Source of the DNA: Mobula hypostoma
Taxonomy: Eukaryota
DNA: 64,000 nucleotides
Direction: 5' to 3'
Assembly (NCBI RefSeq): GCF_963921235.1
Contig: NC_086107.1
Span: 106,022,001 to 106,086,000 of the forward strand
Below the pieces are notes generated by a model. The model was not told the DNA's origin. It ran no database searches and worked only from the letters and a program-made list of their open reading frames with translations. Of this stretch, positions 1-12,699 are shown in pieces (position 1 is the stretch's first letter; each line of letters opens with the position of its first letter). A program made the translations under genes and the position numbers.

Positions 1-439
1 ATCTCTGCAATTTTTTCTATCAACGTGCCTGTCTAAGAGTCTTTCTCTGGTAGCTCATTCCATATGTGCTGCAACCTCTGTGTGAACATATCACCCTTCA
101 GGCCCCTTTTAAATCTTTCCTCTCTCATCTCAAACTCCAGTTTGATTCCTTTCCCCTGTGAAAAAGCCCCTATCTTTGCCCCTCATGATTTTATACACCC
201 CTGCCAGGTCACCTCTCAAAAAAGTCCCAGCCTATCCAACCCTTTCCCTTTTAATCAGCCCCTTGATTCCTAGCAATATTTTTGTAAATCTTCTTTGTAT
301 TCTTTCCAGCTTAATGATACCTAGCCTCTACAGTGGGACCAAAACTGAGATTTAGAATTGGACTTAGTTTATCATTGTGCCCTGATACAGTGCAAAATCT
401 TCATCCAGACTGATTATGCCATATATAAAATACATTCAG

Positions 440-750
440 TAAAGGCATCCGTTAGTCTTGTGAGACCATGGATCTGCGCCTGGAAAGTCTTCACTCTCCA
501 GGGCACAGGCCTGGGCAAGGTTGTATGGAAGACCGGCAGTTGCCCATGCTGCCAGTCTCCCCTCTCCACGACACCAATGTTGTCCAAGGGAAGGGCATTA
601 GGACCCAAACAGCTTGGCACCAGTGTCATTGCAGAGCAATGTGTGATTAAGTGCCTTGCTCAAGGACACAACACTCTGCCTCGGCTGGGGCTCGAACTCA
701 CGACCTTCAGATCGCTAGTTGAATGCCTTAACCACATGGCCACGTGCCCA
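440..750 (-). mobile_element. tRNA-derived SINE
   Basis: Minus-strand head TGGCCATGTGGTTAAGG (A box) and GAGTTCGAGCCC (B box). Near-identical copy at 29720-30030, partial copy at 32612-32780. Confidence 0.8.
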
Positions 751-754
751 CGTG

Positions 755-1401
755 CATTCAGTGGTATGCCACTTTATTAAGTACCTCCTGTACCTTATAA
801 AGTGGCCACTGGGTGTGTGTTCATGGTCTTCTGCTGCTGTAGCCCATCACGTGTTGTGCCTTCATAGATACTTTTCTGCACATCACTGTTGTAGTGGGTG
901 GTTATTTGAGTTACTATCACCTTCCTGTCAGCTTGAACCAGTCTGGCAATTCCCCTCTGATCTCTCTCATTAATAAGGTGTTTTCACCCTTAGAACTGCC
1001 ACTCACTGGATGTTTTTTGTTTCTCATGCCACCCTCTATAAACTCAAGAGCAGGGGCTCCCAATCTTCTCTGTGCCATAGACCAATACCATTAAGCAAGG
1101 AGTCCGAAGACCCCAGACTGGGAACCCCTGCTCAAGAGACAGATGTACATGAAAATCCCAGATCCGCAGCGGTTTCTGAGATACTCAGAGCACCCTGTCT
1201 GGCACCAACAATCATTTCATGGTCAAAGTCACTTAGACCAATTTTTTTTAGCAATTCTGATGTTTGATCAGAACGACAACTGAACCTCTTGACCATGTCT
1301 GCATGCTTTTATGCATTGAGTTGCTGCCACGTGATTGGCTGATTAGACAGTTGTAGTAATGAGCAGGTGTATAGGTGTACCAGTAAAATGGCCACTGAGT
1401 G
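755..1401. mobile_element. Non-autonomous Tc1/mariner-like element
   Basis: Inverted ends of the CACTCAGTGGCCACTTTATTAGGTAC type, ending in TA. Related copies at about 11943-12512, 46390-46783 and 61260-61590. Confidence 0.75.
1051..1130. mobile_element. 80-bp hAT-type MITE
   Basis: CAGGGG...CCCCTG termini with a perfect 8-bp TSD CTCAAGAG (1043-1050 / 1131-1138). Related copies at about 33533-33610 and 38198-38278. Confidence 0.88.
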
Positions 1402-2513
1402 TACATATAACAGAATTCAGAATATAGTGTAGTAACCTCAAAGGAAGATATCACACTGAAGTAAACTGGGAGAACAAAATTCATCTTTCGTTAATGAGAG
1501 GTCCATTCGAGAACCTGGTAACAGCAGGATAGAAGAGTCTGTTGAATGGGTGTTCAAGCTTTTGTATCTTCTGCCCAATAGGAGAAGGAGAAGAGAGAAT
1601 TACCAGGCTCCTTGAATATGTTGGCTGCTTTCTTGAGGCAGTGGGATGTGTAGATGGAGTCAATAGAGGGGATGCTAGTTTGAATGGTTGACTGGGCCTA
1701 GTTCACAACTCTCTGCACAGTTTGTTCATTAAGTGCTGTGTTGCATGATGTGGGCAATCATGGTCTTTCCAGGACCATGATTGTTCTTGGCAAATTTTTC
1801 TACAGAGGTGGTTTGCCATTGCCTTCTTCTGGGCAGTGCCTTTTACAAGACGGGTGACCCCAGCCATTATCAATACTCTTCAGAGACTATCAGCCTGGGA
1901 TCAGTGGTCACATAACCAGGACTTGTGCTGCTCATATGACCATCCACCACCTACTTCCACAGCTACATATGACCCTGATCGAGGGACGAAGCGGGTGCTG
2001 CACCCCGCCCAGGAGTGACCTGCAGGCGAGCAGAGGGAAGGAGCGACTCACAGCTCCTTTGGCAGAGACGTATCTTCACCCTGCCCAGTAATGGTTTATT
2101 ATTGTTGCATGTACCAAGACACGGTGAAAAGTTTGTCTTGCATACTGTTCATACAGAACAAATCATTACACAGTGCATTGAATAAGATAAAAACAATAAC
2201 AATGCAGAATAACGTGTAAAAGCTACTGGAAGTGTGCAGTGCAGGTGAACAATGAAGTCCATAATGAAGATGATTGTGAGATCAAGGGTCCATGTTATGG
2301 ACAAGAGGTCTGATAACTGTGGGACAGAGCTTTCCTTGAGCCTGGTGCTTCACGCTCTCAGGCTTTGGTGTCTTCTGCCCGATGGGAGAGGGGAGACAAA
2401 GGGACGTCTGGGGTGGGTGGGATCTTTGACGATTCCTTTACTGAGAAGAGAGGAGAAGCAACGTGGTGATAGTGATTTTCATAACATTTCATCAAGATGA
2501 CCCTGTCACTCAC

Positions 2514-2711
2514 CTCCTCAATACCTCCTATGAAGTCAGTGTAGAACCTCCGTATGACACCAGGGCTGATTTCACTGACCTTCATCGCCTTCGCTGCGTT
2601 TGTCTCCACGTGAAAGAGGCAGATCGCAGGCAAATCTGGCTCCTTCACTTTGAAGAACGTAGTCACTCGTCGGTTCTCCTTCTTGTCTGTGTTGACCAGA
2701 ACAAAGATGAC
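2514..2711 (-). CDS. ERP27: ERP27-like coding exon 6 (b' domain C-terminal part); final exon not located in the window
   Basis: Acceptor CTCTCTCAG, donor GTGAGT, 198 bp. VIFVLVNTDKKENRRVTTFFKVKEPDLPAICLF... matches ERP27 ILFILVDSGMKENGKVISFFKLKESQLPAL (recalled). Confidence 0.9.
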
Positions 2712-4584
2712 CTGAGAGAGAAGAGGCGGGCAGAGGTTAGGAGCTGAGTAATTGGCAGACACGTTGAGTCCTTGCGGAGAGGTCTCCTGAGCCGCATCAG
2801 GCGAAGAGCGAGAAGGTGGCAGGTGCACAGGTGGCCGATCGATCGCGCATTGAATCAATTGGACCTCCTGCACGCAGAGGGTTCTTTCTTTCCGCACGGG
2901 CTTTCAAGTCTTAGCGGCTTCGTTTGTAGCTCCCACACTATACGTTTCCCAGCGCATACTGTTAGTGACATAACTGAGTAAAAAGTTTTAATTCTACCAC
3001 TCCGCTGTCGTCCTGGCTCCACACACACGCAACATCTCCTATCTCTCTTACCAGCAGGCAAAAAACAAAGGGCAAATGACTTCAAATATGAACAAACAAT
3101 CCACTGGAGGAACTCAACAAGTTGAGAGGCAACTATGTAGGAGCGGTGTGGTAGTAGGGGGAAGAATTGTCGATGTTTGTCAGGTCAACCTTCGCTCTCC
3201 CCTCTTCCCTGTCGCATTTGCAATGGAGTTGTCCACGGGTGGAAGTTCACGGCAGGGCAAGGGTTAACATAATGTCCGGGCAAGGACAGATTGCGGTCAG
3301 CCCAGGCAATAAAGGTCTTTGAAGAGCAGAGTTTCACTTTGCACAGCAAACAATGGAGCCATTAGGCTTGCTGAGCCAAGGTAAGAGAGGGATTCAAGTG
3401 AAACCCCTTTTTACTGGGCGTCTCTGGAAATGCAGCTCGTTAGCTTTTTGCTAACAGCCACTGGGCTCTGCAGCGAGGAACCCACCTTTCTCAGGGTCCG
3501 TACGTCTAGGATGTACACGACCTTGGACCCGCCAAACCCGTGAGGTTGGAATGTCTCACCCACCCAAACCCCAGTGTGTGTGAATGCTGTGTGATTTACT
3601 GCCCCCTGCAGTTGGCTGTTGGCATGAAATCGTACACTACAGACAATTATAAATAAAGTATATTTCAGAATGTTAACCAAACAGTTATTAAAGAAAAGAA
3701 AGGAAAAAACAAAAGGGCACATCATAACTAAACAGTCAAATGTGCAGATAAGTTGGAGCTCATCTTGCATTTGTCTTTAACTCACGCACTGGTCCCTCAG
3801 TCTGCGTGAAAGCACACACCACCTTCCAAATCTCGCTCAAAACCCATCCCGAACCAACACGAGAGTATTGGTTCTTCCTCCTGGAAGCCACTCATCTGCA
3901 CAAAGCACCTTGTACAACAGGGACGGCATCCTCAGCCATCTTCCCTCCTGTCTCCTCCCAGCTCCCGCCAAAAAAGACCTCAACCTACACCAGTTTCCCT
4001 CACAAAAACCTCTCTGCCCAGCATTCTCTAGAACCTTCTTCCAATTGCACCATCCTGATTGGCTGACACCACATTCCTAAGTTGCACAACAAAGCCCCTT
4101 ATCTCAGCTCAACCCCAAACGGACTGCTCTTACAGAACTGCTAAAAATGAAATACCTACATAATATCAGCAAAAATCTTAACCATTGCATTAAACAAGGA
4201 ACACACACCAACTAAAGGACAATTACTTTCTTAACTTCAAATTTAACTTGTAGTTTCTATTACCTTTTAACACCTGTATTGTGAATGGTGACTGATCCTC
4301 TAAGTAACAAATTTGAACAAACATAGTTTATCAAATGGTCAATATCCATAACTGTTAGTCAATTCTGTAAAATGTAATTCCTTTGGGGTTCTAACATTTT
4401 TCTGTCACTCCTTCTTTGTTTTTTTTCTCTCTCTCTGTTTCGTGGATGTCTGCGAAGAGTAAGAACTTCAGGTTGTATACTGTCGCAAACACGAGGAAAT
4501 CTGCAGATGCTGGAATTTCAAGCAACACACATAAAAGTTGCTGGTGAACGCAGCAGGCCAGGCAGCATCTCTAGGAGGAGATAC

Positions 4585-4620
4585 AGTCGACGTTTCGAGC
4601 TGAGACCCTTCGTCAGGACT
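4585..4620 (-). ncRNA. Minimal hammerhead ribozyme motif, sense to ERP27 intron 5
   Basis: Reverse complement reads AGTC-CTGACGA-AGGGTCTCAGCTC-GAAA-CGTC-GACT. Confidence 0.7.
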
Positions 4621-5100
4621 AACTGAAAGAAGAGCTAGTAAGAGATTTGAAAGTGGGAGGGGGAGGGGAGATCCAAAATGATAGGAGAAGACAGGAGGGG
4701 GAGGGATGGAGCCAAGAGCTGGACAGGTGATTGGCAAAAGGGATATGAGAGGATCATGGGACAGGAGGCCCAGGGAGAAGGAAAAGTGGGGGAAGCCCAG
4801 AGGATGGGCAAGGGGTCAAGGGGTATAGTGAGAGGGACAGAGGGAGAAAAAGGAGAGAGAGAAAAAGAATGTGTGTATAAATATAAATAAATAAATAACG
4901 GATGGGGTACGAGGGGGAGGTGGGGCATTAGCGGAAGTTTGAGAAGTCAATGTTCATGCCATCAGGTTGGAGGCTACCCAGACGGAATATAAGGTCTTGT
5001 TCCTCCAACCTGAGTGTGGCTTCATCTTTACAGTAGAGGAGGCCATGGATAGACATATCAGAATGGGAATGGGACGTGGAATTAAAATCTTATTTCAGTT

Positions 5101-5136
5101 AGTCCTGACGAAGGGTCTCGGCCTGAAACGTCGACT
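5101..5136 (+). ncRNA. Minimal hammerhead ribozyme motif (PLE type)
   Basis: AGTC-CTGACGA-AGGGTCTCGGCCT-GAAA-CGTC-GACT: stem I AGUC/GACU, CUGAnGA core, stem II, GAAA, GUC triplet. Confidence 0.7.
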
Positions 5137-5521
5137 GTACCTCTTCCTAGAGATGCTGCCTGGCCTGCTGCGTTCACCAGCAACTTTTAGTTTGTATACT
5201 GTATACAGTCTCTGATATTAAGTTGATTTATTGAACCATTTCTGTGTTCAGGCTTCAGAATAGTGTAGTGACAGGGGCCGGGCTGTTCTCCTTGTGCAAA
5301 AGTAAATAAGGTATGTTTGAGGAGTGAGTGTGAGTTTTCAGAGTCCAGTTAAATCAGCCATGATACACCTGCTTGTAGTTTCCAGGCCGTGCTTCATCAA
5401 CACCTGAAATTCCATCCGACTTCCCAAAGAGCAAACCATTGACATCACCAACATTCAACCAATAAATGCAACACATCAAAGACATACACAAACAGCTTCT
5501 TACGAACTACCTGGGACTTAC

Positions 5522-5647
5522 CTTCCCCAGAAACTCAGGGGCTACACCTTTGAACTTGTCGAACAGAGGCTGATATTCTTTTGATGTCTTGCTGACAAGC
5601 AGAAGGAGCTGAGTAGGAACCCCAGACCCGAAGATCTGGCCTGCATA
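5522..5647 (-). CDS. ERP27: ERP27-like coding exon 5 (b' domain); not in the ORF track
   Basis: Acceptor TCTTTCTTCTCAG, donor GTAAGT, 126 bp. Translates YAGQIFGSGVPTQLLLLVSKTSKEYQPLFDKFKGVAPEFLGK. Confidence 0.9.
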
Positions 5648-7775
5648 CTGAGAAGAAAGAAATGCAATCATCTTCCAAAGCATTTTGTGCGGAGACGTTT
5701 ATGCAATTTGTTCACTCACAGGATGACAGTTCTGGAGTTTGCTGTCCATCCCTACCTAACTCTTGATCTGACAGCTTTCTGCAGGCTCTCTACGGTAATT
5801 CCCATGATTAGAAGGTTGTCCAATCAGGAACAACAAAAAGGCTAGATCTATATTATAGACATGGAGTCATAGAGCACTACAGCAAAGAAACAGGCCCTTC
5901 AGCCCATCTAGTTCATGCTGAACTGTTATTTCGCCTAGCTGTTGAGTTCTGTTCATTTGGGCCATGTAAACATTTAGCTGGGATGTACACTTCCCTTGTT
6001 ATGGGCGTGCACCCAGAGGCTGAGAGGGGATTTATGGGGAAGAAGATGGCAGCCTTTTTGTAGAGGATGTAGTCAGATAAAGTAAAGTTGTTTAAATGAA
6101 AGAAAATCTTGTCTTTGTCGTTTGAACGTTAACATAGTCCCATTGACCATTGGCCTAAGGAATCCACGTATTCCCTGGATTTGGAAAGATGAAGGTATCT
6201 ATGTATTCTACAGAGTTTGGAAGGATGAGAATGATCTGAAGGGGTCATGACAAGGGGGATGTTGCCATGCTCCCAGTAGTAGGAGCTTCTTGAATGGGGT
6301 GATCTGGCGACAAGATCAAGGGGCAGTCCCTTACAACTGAGAGGTAGAAAAATTCCTTCTTATAGAGGGTGATGAATCTCGGGAACTTTAACCGAGGAGG
6401 TTTTTGGAGGCTAAATCATCGGAGGTAATTAAAAAGGAGGTGGATACATCTTTGAAAGATTGAGAGCTCTGGGAACTGCCACAGTACTGTGCAAAAAACA
6501 ACTTTCATGATATATGCGAGTGATGATAAACCTGATTCTGATATGGGTCTCTATTGTGGACTGAGAGTGGGAAGGGGGCAGGAAGAAGGGAATCATGGTT
6601 GGGAAAAACAGATGGGAAGGGGAGAGGGAGTTGGAAGCACCAGAGAGACATTCTGTAAGGATCAATATACATTATACTTTATACTTTATTGTCGCCAAAC
6701 AATTGGTACTAGAATGTACAATCATCCCAGCGATATTTGATTCTACGCTTCACACTCCCTGGATTACAAATATTAAATATTAAAAATATTAAAAATAGTT
6801 AAAATTAGTAAATATTAAAAATTTAAATTATAAATCATAAATAGAAAATAGAAAAATGGGAAGTAAGGTAGTGCAAAAAACCCGACAGGCAGGTCCGGAT
6901 ATTTGGAGGGTTCGGCCCAGATCCGGGTCAGGATCTGTTCAGCAGTCTTATCACAGTTGGAAAGAAGCTGTTCCCAAATCTGGCCGTACGAGTCTTCAAG
7001 CTCCTGAGCCTTCTCCCGGAGGGAAGAGGGATGAAAAGTGTGTTGGCTGGGTGGGTCGTGTCCTAAACCAGTTGTTTGGAATCAAACGACCTTCCCTGGT
7101 GTGTCAGGGCTGGGTGTGTCTACACACACGCCGCCTCCCACCCCGGCACTCGTTTTCTGCCACCTGTCCCGCACCCCTCCCGTGGCACGCCACCCTCGCC
7201 ATTCCCAGCATCCTTTGCTCCAGCCAATTTACAAACTCACCCTCTGCTCCACATTGACAAGTACAGTACTGGGTATAGGTCTTAGGCATTCTAGCTACAT
7301 ATATGTGTCTAAGGCCTTTGCACAGTACCATATAACATAAAACATAGAACACCACAGCACAGTACAGGCCCTTTGGCCCATGATGTTGTGCCAACCTTTT
7401 AATCTACTCCTGGATCAATCTAACCCTTCTCTCCCATATAGCCCTCCATTTTTGTATCAATCATGTGCCTAACTACGAGTCTCTTAAATCACCCTAATGT
7501 ATCTGCCTCTACCATCAGCTCTAGCAACATGTTCCACGTGTTTACCACTCCCTGTGTACAAAAACCTACCTCTTACATTCCGCCCCCCCCCGCGTACTTT
7601 CCTCTCGTCACCTTAAAATTATGCTTTGTATTAGCCGCTCCCACCCTGAGAATAAGGTGCAGGCTGCCCACTCTACTAATGCCTCTTATTATCTTATACA
7701 CCTCTATCAATACACCTCTCCTCCTTCTCCATTCCAAAGAGAAAAGCCCCTCCTCACTCAGCTTTTCCTCATATG

Positions 7776-8389
7776 ACAATAAGAACACTGAGGCTGTCTA
7801 CAGGAAGGGTCAGAGCCGTCTCTATTTCCTGAGGAAACTGAGGTCCTTTAACGTCTGCCGGACAATGCTGAGGATGTTCTACGAGTCTGTGGTGGCCAGT
7901 GCGATCATGTTTGCTGTTGTGTGCTGGGGCAGCAGGCTGAGGGTAGCAGACACCAACAGAATCAACAAACTCATTCGTAAGGCCAGTGATGTTGTGGGGA
8001 TGGAACTGGACTCTCTCACAGTGGTGTCTGAAAAGAGAATGCTGTCCAAGTTGCATGCCATCTTGGTCAATGTCTCCCATCCACTACATAATGTACTGGT
8101 TGGGCACAGGAGTACGTTCAGCCAGAGACTCATTCCACCGAGATGCAGCACAGAGCGTCATAGGAAGTCATTCCTTCCTGTGGCCATCAAACTTTACAAC
8201 TCCTCCCTTGGAGGGTCAGATGCCCTGAGCTGATAGGCTGGTCCTGGACTTATTTCATAATTTACTGCCATAATTTACCTATTACTATTTGACTATTTAT
8301 GGTTCTTTATTATTTATGGAGCAACTGTAACGAAAACCAATTTCCCCCAGGATCAATAAAGTATGACTACTACGACCACTACTACTACA
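7776..8389 (+). mobile_element. Rex1/Babar-like LINE 3' fragment inserted into a CR1 fragment
   Basis: KKGQSRLYFLRKLRSF-type RT C-terminus (YRKGQSRLYFLRKLRSFNV...SFLPVAIKLYN), followed by AATAAA and an (ACT)n tail. Confidence 0.85.
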
Positions 8390-9969
8390 TGACATGCTTT
8401 CTAATCCGGGCAGCGTCCTCTGCACCCTCTGTAAAGCTTCCATGTCCTTCCTAAAGCGGGGCGACCAGAAAAGGAGATCAGGTCTGGGGTAGGAGGCCTC
8501 ACTTTGACAGGTGTTTGCAATGAAAGGTGGGGCAGGCTTGAGGAGCGGAGTTGTCCTCTCCTATCCCGCTGTCCCTCTTTTCTCGTGCAGGCCAGCCTGG
8601 GTTCGGGCAGAAGATATCCAAGCCCATGGAAGGAGTTTTATAACAATCCAGTCAGTTCCACGCACACCGTTAGCAATGCACTTTCACTGCAGATAGGCTT
8701 AATTAACAAATTTAGTGAGGGATGCGGCCTCTTATCTCTAGTCCGGTGATGGAATTAATCCCGTAACTTTTAGCCGGCTGGTGGTGTAGTGGCTTCCGCA
8801 CCAGACTCCGAGGCAAGTGGTCTCAGGATTAAGTCCAGCCTGCTCCTCGTACACTTTCTATTGATGCCGGGATGAGCACTGAGCTGGCAACTCGACCTCG
8901 TGAAAAACAGACAGAAATGCTAAAGAAACGACATGGTTGCCACCCGATGCACTGGCAAGTGCCGAAAGGAACAACGATTCAGTAATTAAGGCATTGAATA
9001 AGGCTCGATCACCAGTTCTTTATTCATCCTACATTAGGGTTCGTTCATCCTACATCCTAATTAAGTGAAGGCCATGGTTAATGGAATTTAATTTTGCTAA
9101 CTGCTCCAATGGGATCTGAACTCATGACTGGATCAATATTCCTGGATACTAATTTAGCAAGTTCTCCACTGTGCCATGATGGAATTGAGTCTCTGTGGCC
9201 AAGTTTGCAGTGAATGCAGGTGGAGGGGTAGGAATCTGTAAAAAGGCTTGGACAGATTAGGAGAATAAGCAAAGAGATTAGGGGAACGGGCAGATTAATG
9301 CAGCGTTGGGAAGTGCATGGTCATGAAGGAGGACAATTTAACATGGAGGAATCTAATGACATGCGGGGGGTGGCGTGGTCGTAGAGTGGTTAGCAGTGAT
9401 GTGTGGATAGGCATTGAAAAGGCTTGCCACAGGAGGGCGCAGGTTTAAGGTGCTTGGGAGTAGGTACAGAGGAGATGTCAGGGGTAAGTTTTTTACTCAG
9501 TGGTGAGTGCGTGGAGTGGGCTGCCGGCGACGGTGGTGGAGGCGGATATGATAGGGTCTTTTAAGAGACTTTTGGATAGGTACATGGAGCTTAGAAAAAT
9601 AGAGGGCTGTGGCTAACCCTAGTAATTTCTAAGGTAGGCACAGCTTTGTGGGCTGAAGGGCCTGTATTGTGCTGTAGGTTTTCTATGTTCCTATGTTTCA
9701 ATAAGGCTGAGGAAGATCGTGGACCTACTATAACCCCTAACCTCCTCGATTATCCCAATATTCCCTTGGGAACTGTTCTTTTTGCAAAGGATCTGTGGTT
9801 ACCCGCATTCTCAGTCCTCTCGTGTTAAGAGTTCAGTATGAGTTTGGACGTGGAATCATTTTCCAGCTCACTAGGCTCTCCAGGACTGGACGGCTCTGTC
9901 GCTGGGGCCTAACATTCACCACCCACCCCGAATCCTCCCCCCCCCCCACTCTGCGGCAGTGTACATTAC

Positions 9970-10089
9970 CGTGGGATTGTACTCGGTCACCAGGCGGAGT
10001 TCGTTGTGCCGCAAGAAGTGAATAATCTTCGTGACGTTCGGCTTCAGGTGACCTTCCTCGAAGGCATAGTCAGCGCGCCCTTCATCGAA
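9970..10089 (-). CDS. ERP27: ERP27-like coding exon 4
   Basis: CAG acceptor, GTAATG donor, 120 bp. FDEGRADYAFEEGHLKPNVTKIIHFLRHNELRLVTEYNPT; the VTEYNP motif is typical of ERP27. Confidence 0.9.
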
Positions 10090-10780
10090 CTGACAGCAAT
10101 AAAGAGAAGACAGGAGAAACTGCAGGTGCTGTATTCTTGAGCAGCATCCGGTAAAGAGCAGACTGACAAGGGCATTGGCATGCAATGCAAAGTGAATTGT
10201 AAGTCAAAGTAAAGCTATTAGCAAACTACATTTATGACACTATATTACTACCATAAGATTAATTTTCTTGCAAGCACTTACAGGAAAATAAAGAAATTCA
10301 ATAGAATTTATGGAAAGACTATATAGACAAAACCAATGTGCAAAAGAAGCCAAACTGCGAAACAAAACTATACTGAGAACATGAGATGTAAAGTCCTCGA
10401 AAGTGAGTCTGTACATTGAGGAATCAGTTCAGAGTTGAGGTGAGTGAACCTCTAGGCAGATTGGTGGAACAGAAACATGAGAAATTCTATACTGGAAATC
10501 CAAAGCGACACACGCAAGGGCTGGTGAGACCCAGCAGCATCTATGGAAATGAATAAACTTTTTTGTTCGTTGTTTCGGGCCAAGACACTTCTTCTGGACA
10601 GATCAGTAGAACTTTCTTTTCTTGGAGGGTGTGGGACTTGATCCCAGAGGGAATTAGCAAAGAGGGAAAGCTGGTGGGATTATGGATTGAGTGACGGAGT
10701 GGGCTGGAGAGAGATGGGACGAAGCTCATGTGGCAAATTAACACACAACTATCACTCTGTGGAAGCTGACTTGATCTTAC

Positions 10781-10918
10781 CTCTTTGAAAAGGGTGATGG
10801 TGCTCCTGCTGATGTTAAACTTCTCCCAGACGGTTGTGTTGTAGGTTACGGCGAAAGACAATCTTTTCAGCTTCTGAGCCACATCACTGAAAGCCTCGGC
10901 CTCCAAGGACTTCAGATC
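10781..10918 (-). CDS. ERP27: ERP27-like coding exon 3
   Basis: CAG acceptor, GTAAGA donor, 138 bp, phase 0/0. DLKSLEAEAFSDVAQKLKRLSFAVTYNTTVWEKFNISRSTITLFKE is PDI b-domain-like and includes an NIS sequon. Confidence 0.9.
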
Positions 10919-11029
10919 CTGGCGTGGGGAAGGAGCATGAAGAGAAGTCACAAGAGGCAATGAACCCAGAGTATCAGCAAACACGAGCAGGAGTCCTGAC
11001 CAATTCCGCCCCCATTCTCCCCAAAGTGT

Positions 11030-11310
11030 GGGACGCCATGGTAACACAGCGGTTAGTGCAACACTATTACAGCTCAGGGCGTTCCCGAGTTCCAAGTTTA
11101 CTTCTGGCACTTTCCGTAAGGGGTCTCTGTGAGTTTTCTCCGGGAGCTCTGGCTTCCTCGCACAGACCAAAGATGTATCGGGGAAGTTAATGGATCATTA
11201 TAAACTGTGCCATGGTTAGGTTAGGGTTAATCGGGGTTGTGGGGTTGCCGGGGAGGCATGGCTTGAAGGGCCAGATAGGCCTACTCTGCGCTGTATTGCT
11301 AAATAATTAA
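11030..11310 (+). mobile_element. HE1/V-SINE-like tRNA SINE
   Basis: GCGGTTAG head, GGGAGCTCTGGCTTCCTCGCACAGACCAAAGA core and CR1-like tail. Similar copies at about 23420-23680(-), 26250-26500, 28520-28800, 34640-34910 and 55290-55470(-). Confidence 0.6.
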
Positions 11311-11942
11311 TTATATTAAGCTTGTCGTAGCCGGAAGGAGAGGGGCGTGGTGGTATTGGGGGCAAGCCCCCACTACCTATTAAAAGCTTCCAATGGCGGG
11401 TGTCTCAGGTAGCCTCTGACAACCAAGTCCAGCTCCTGGCCTTCACGTGTGGCTTAGCTACTAAGCCCAGCAGAACTGTTTCTGCTGATAGGAGAAGGGG
11501 CAAAGGTGGGTTACTGGCACCTTAACACCAGTCGCTTTGGGCAGATGGGGCTTGTCAGCCGTGGTTGGCAGCTCGTCTAGGAGACGGAAAACTCGGATCT
11601 CTAACCTCTGCTGCCTTGTGGCTGCACCCACTCATGGGGGGGGGGTCTTCAGGAGTAAACCCCAAGGAAAAATCCGGAGCTGGAGTCCCTACGTTGAGAT
11701 CAACGCTGACTGGCAACTCCTGCGACACCATTGATGCCAGACTGTATCGGTCTCTGCCGCTCCCTCAGTTGCTTGGAGAGGGGGAGCTTGCTACATGAGC
11801 AATAGCAGGCTCCCCATATTGTACTCTCCTGGCTTGTGTATCACAACTAAGACGCAACATCCAGGGTCAAGCCCAACCATCTCCTCCTCCCCAAAATGTG
11901 GGACTGAGAGCCATTCAAGTATTTTAAAGAAGTTGAAAAAAT

Positions 11943-12512
11943 ACGATCAGTTACCACTTTATGAGGTACACCTGTACACCTGCTCATTAATGCAAATCTC
12001 TAATCAGCCAGTCATGTGGCAGCTCAATGCATAAAAGCATGCAGACACGGTCAAGAGATTCAGCTGTTGTTCAGACCAAACATCAGAATGGAGAAGACAT
12101 GTGATCCATGTGACTTTGACTGTGAAATGATTGTTGGTGCCAGATGGGGTGGTTTAAGTATCTCAGAAACTGAAGATCCCCTGGGATTTTCATGCACAAC
12201 AGTCTCTAGAGTTTACAGAGAACGGTGGGAAAAACAAAAAACATCCAATAAGCGGCCGTTCTGTAGGCGAAAACGCCTTGTTAATGAGAGAGGTCAGAGG
12301 AGAATGGTCAGACTGGTTCAAGCTGACAGAAAGGAGGCAGTATAGTAACTCAAACAGCCACACGTTACAGCAGTGGTGTGCAGAAGAGCATCTCCGAATG
12401 CACATGACAAACCTCGAAGTGGATGGGCTACAGCAGCAGAAGGCCATGAACATACTCTCAGTGGCCTCTTTAGTAGGTACAGGAGATCCCTAATAAAGTG
12501 GCCACAGAGTGT
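11943..12512. mobile_element. Non-autonomous Tc1/mariner-like element (opposite orientation to 755-1401)
   Basis: Reverse-complement similarity to 755-1401, lacking the hAT MITE insertion. Confidence 0.75.
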
Positions 12513-12699
12513 AGGTTATCATTCTGTAGATACAAGGGATTCGACAGAGGCTGGAAATCCAGAGTAACACACACAAAATGCTGGAGGAACTCAGCAGATC
12601 AGGCAGCATCTATAGCGAGGAGCATACAGTTAACATTTCAGGCTGAGATCCTTTATCAGTACTAGTGGGGAGTCTCAGCCCAAAATGACGACTGTTTAT

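Larger units (their letters stand above)
4487..5187 (-). mobile_element. Penelope-like 3' fragment with inverted terminal copy
   Basis: Matches the 3' end of the 19966-22827 element. 5088-5187 is the reverse complement of about 4534-4633. TTGTATACTGT is duplicated at 4473-4483 and 5192-5202. Confidence 0.85.

Noticed and set aside
2048..2080. Candidate ERP27 last exon CAG|GEDTSLPKEL* on the minus strand
   Set aside because: Lies within an interspersed repeat also present at about 27510 and 38380. It has no polypyrimidine tract and PKEL is not a standard ER-retrieval motif. The true exon is probably before position 1.
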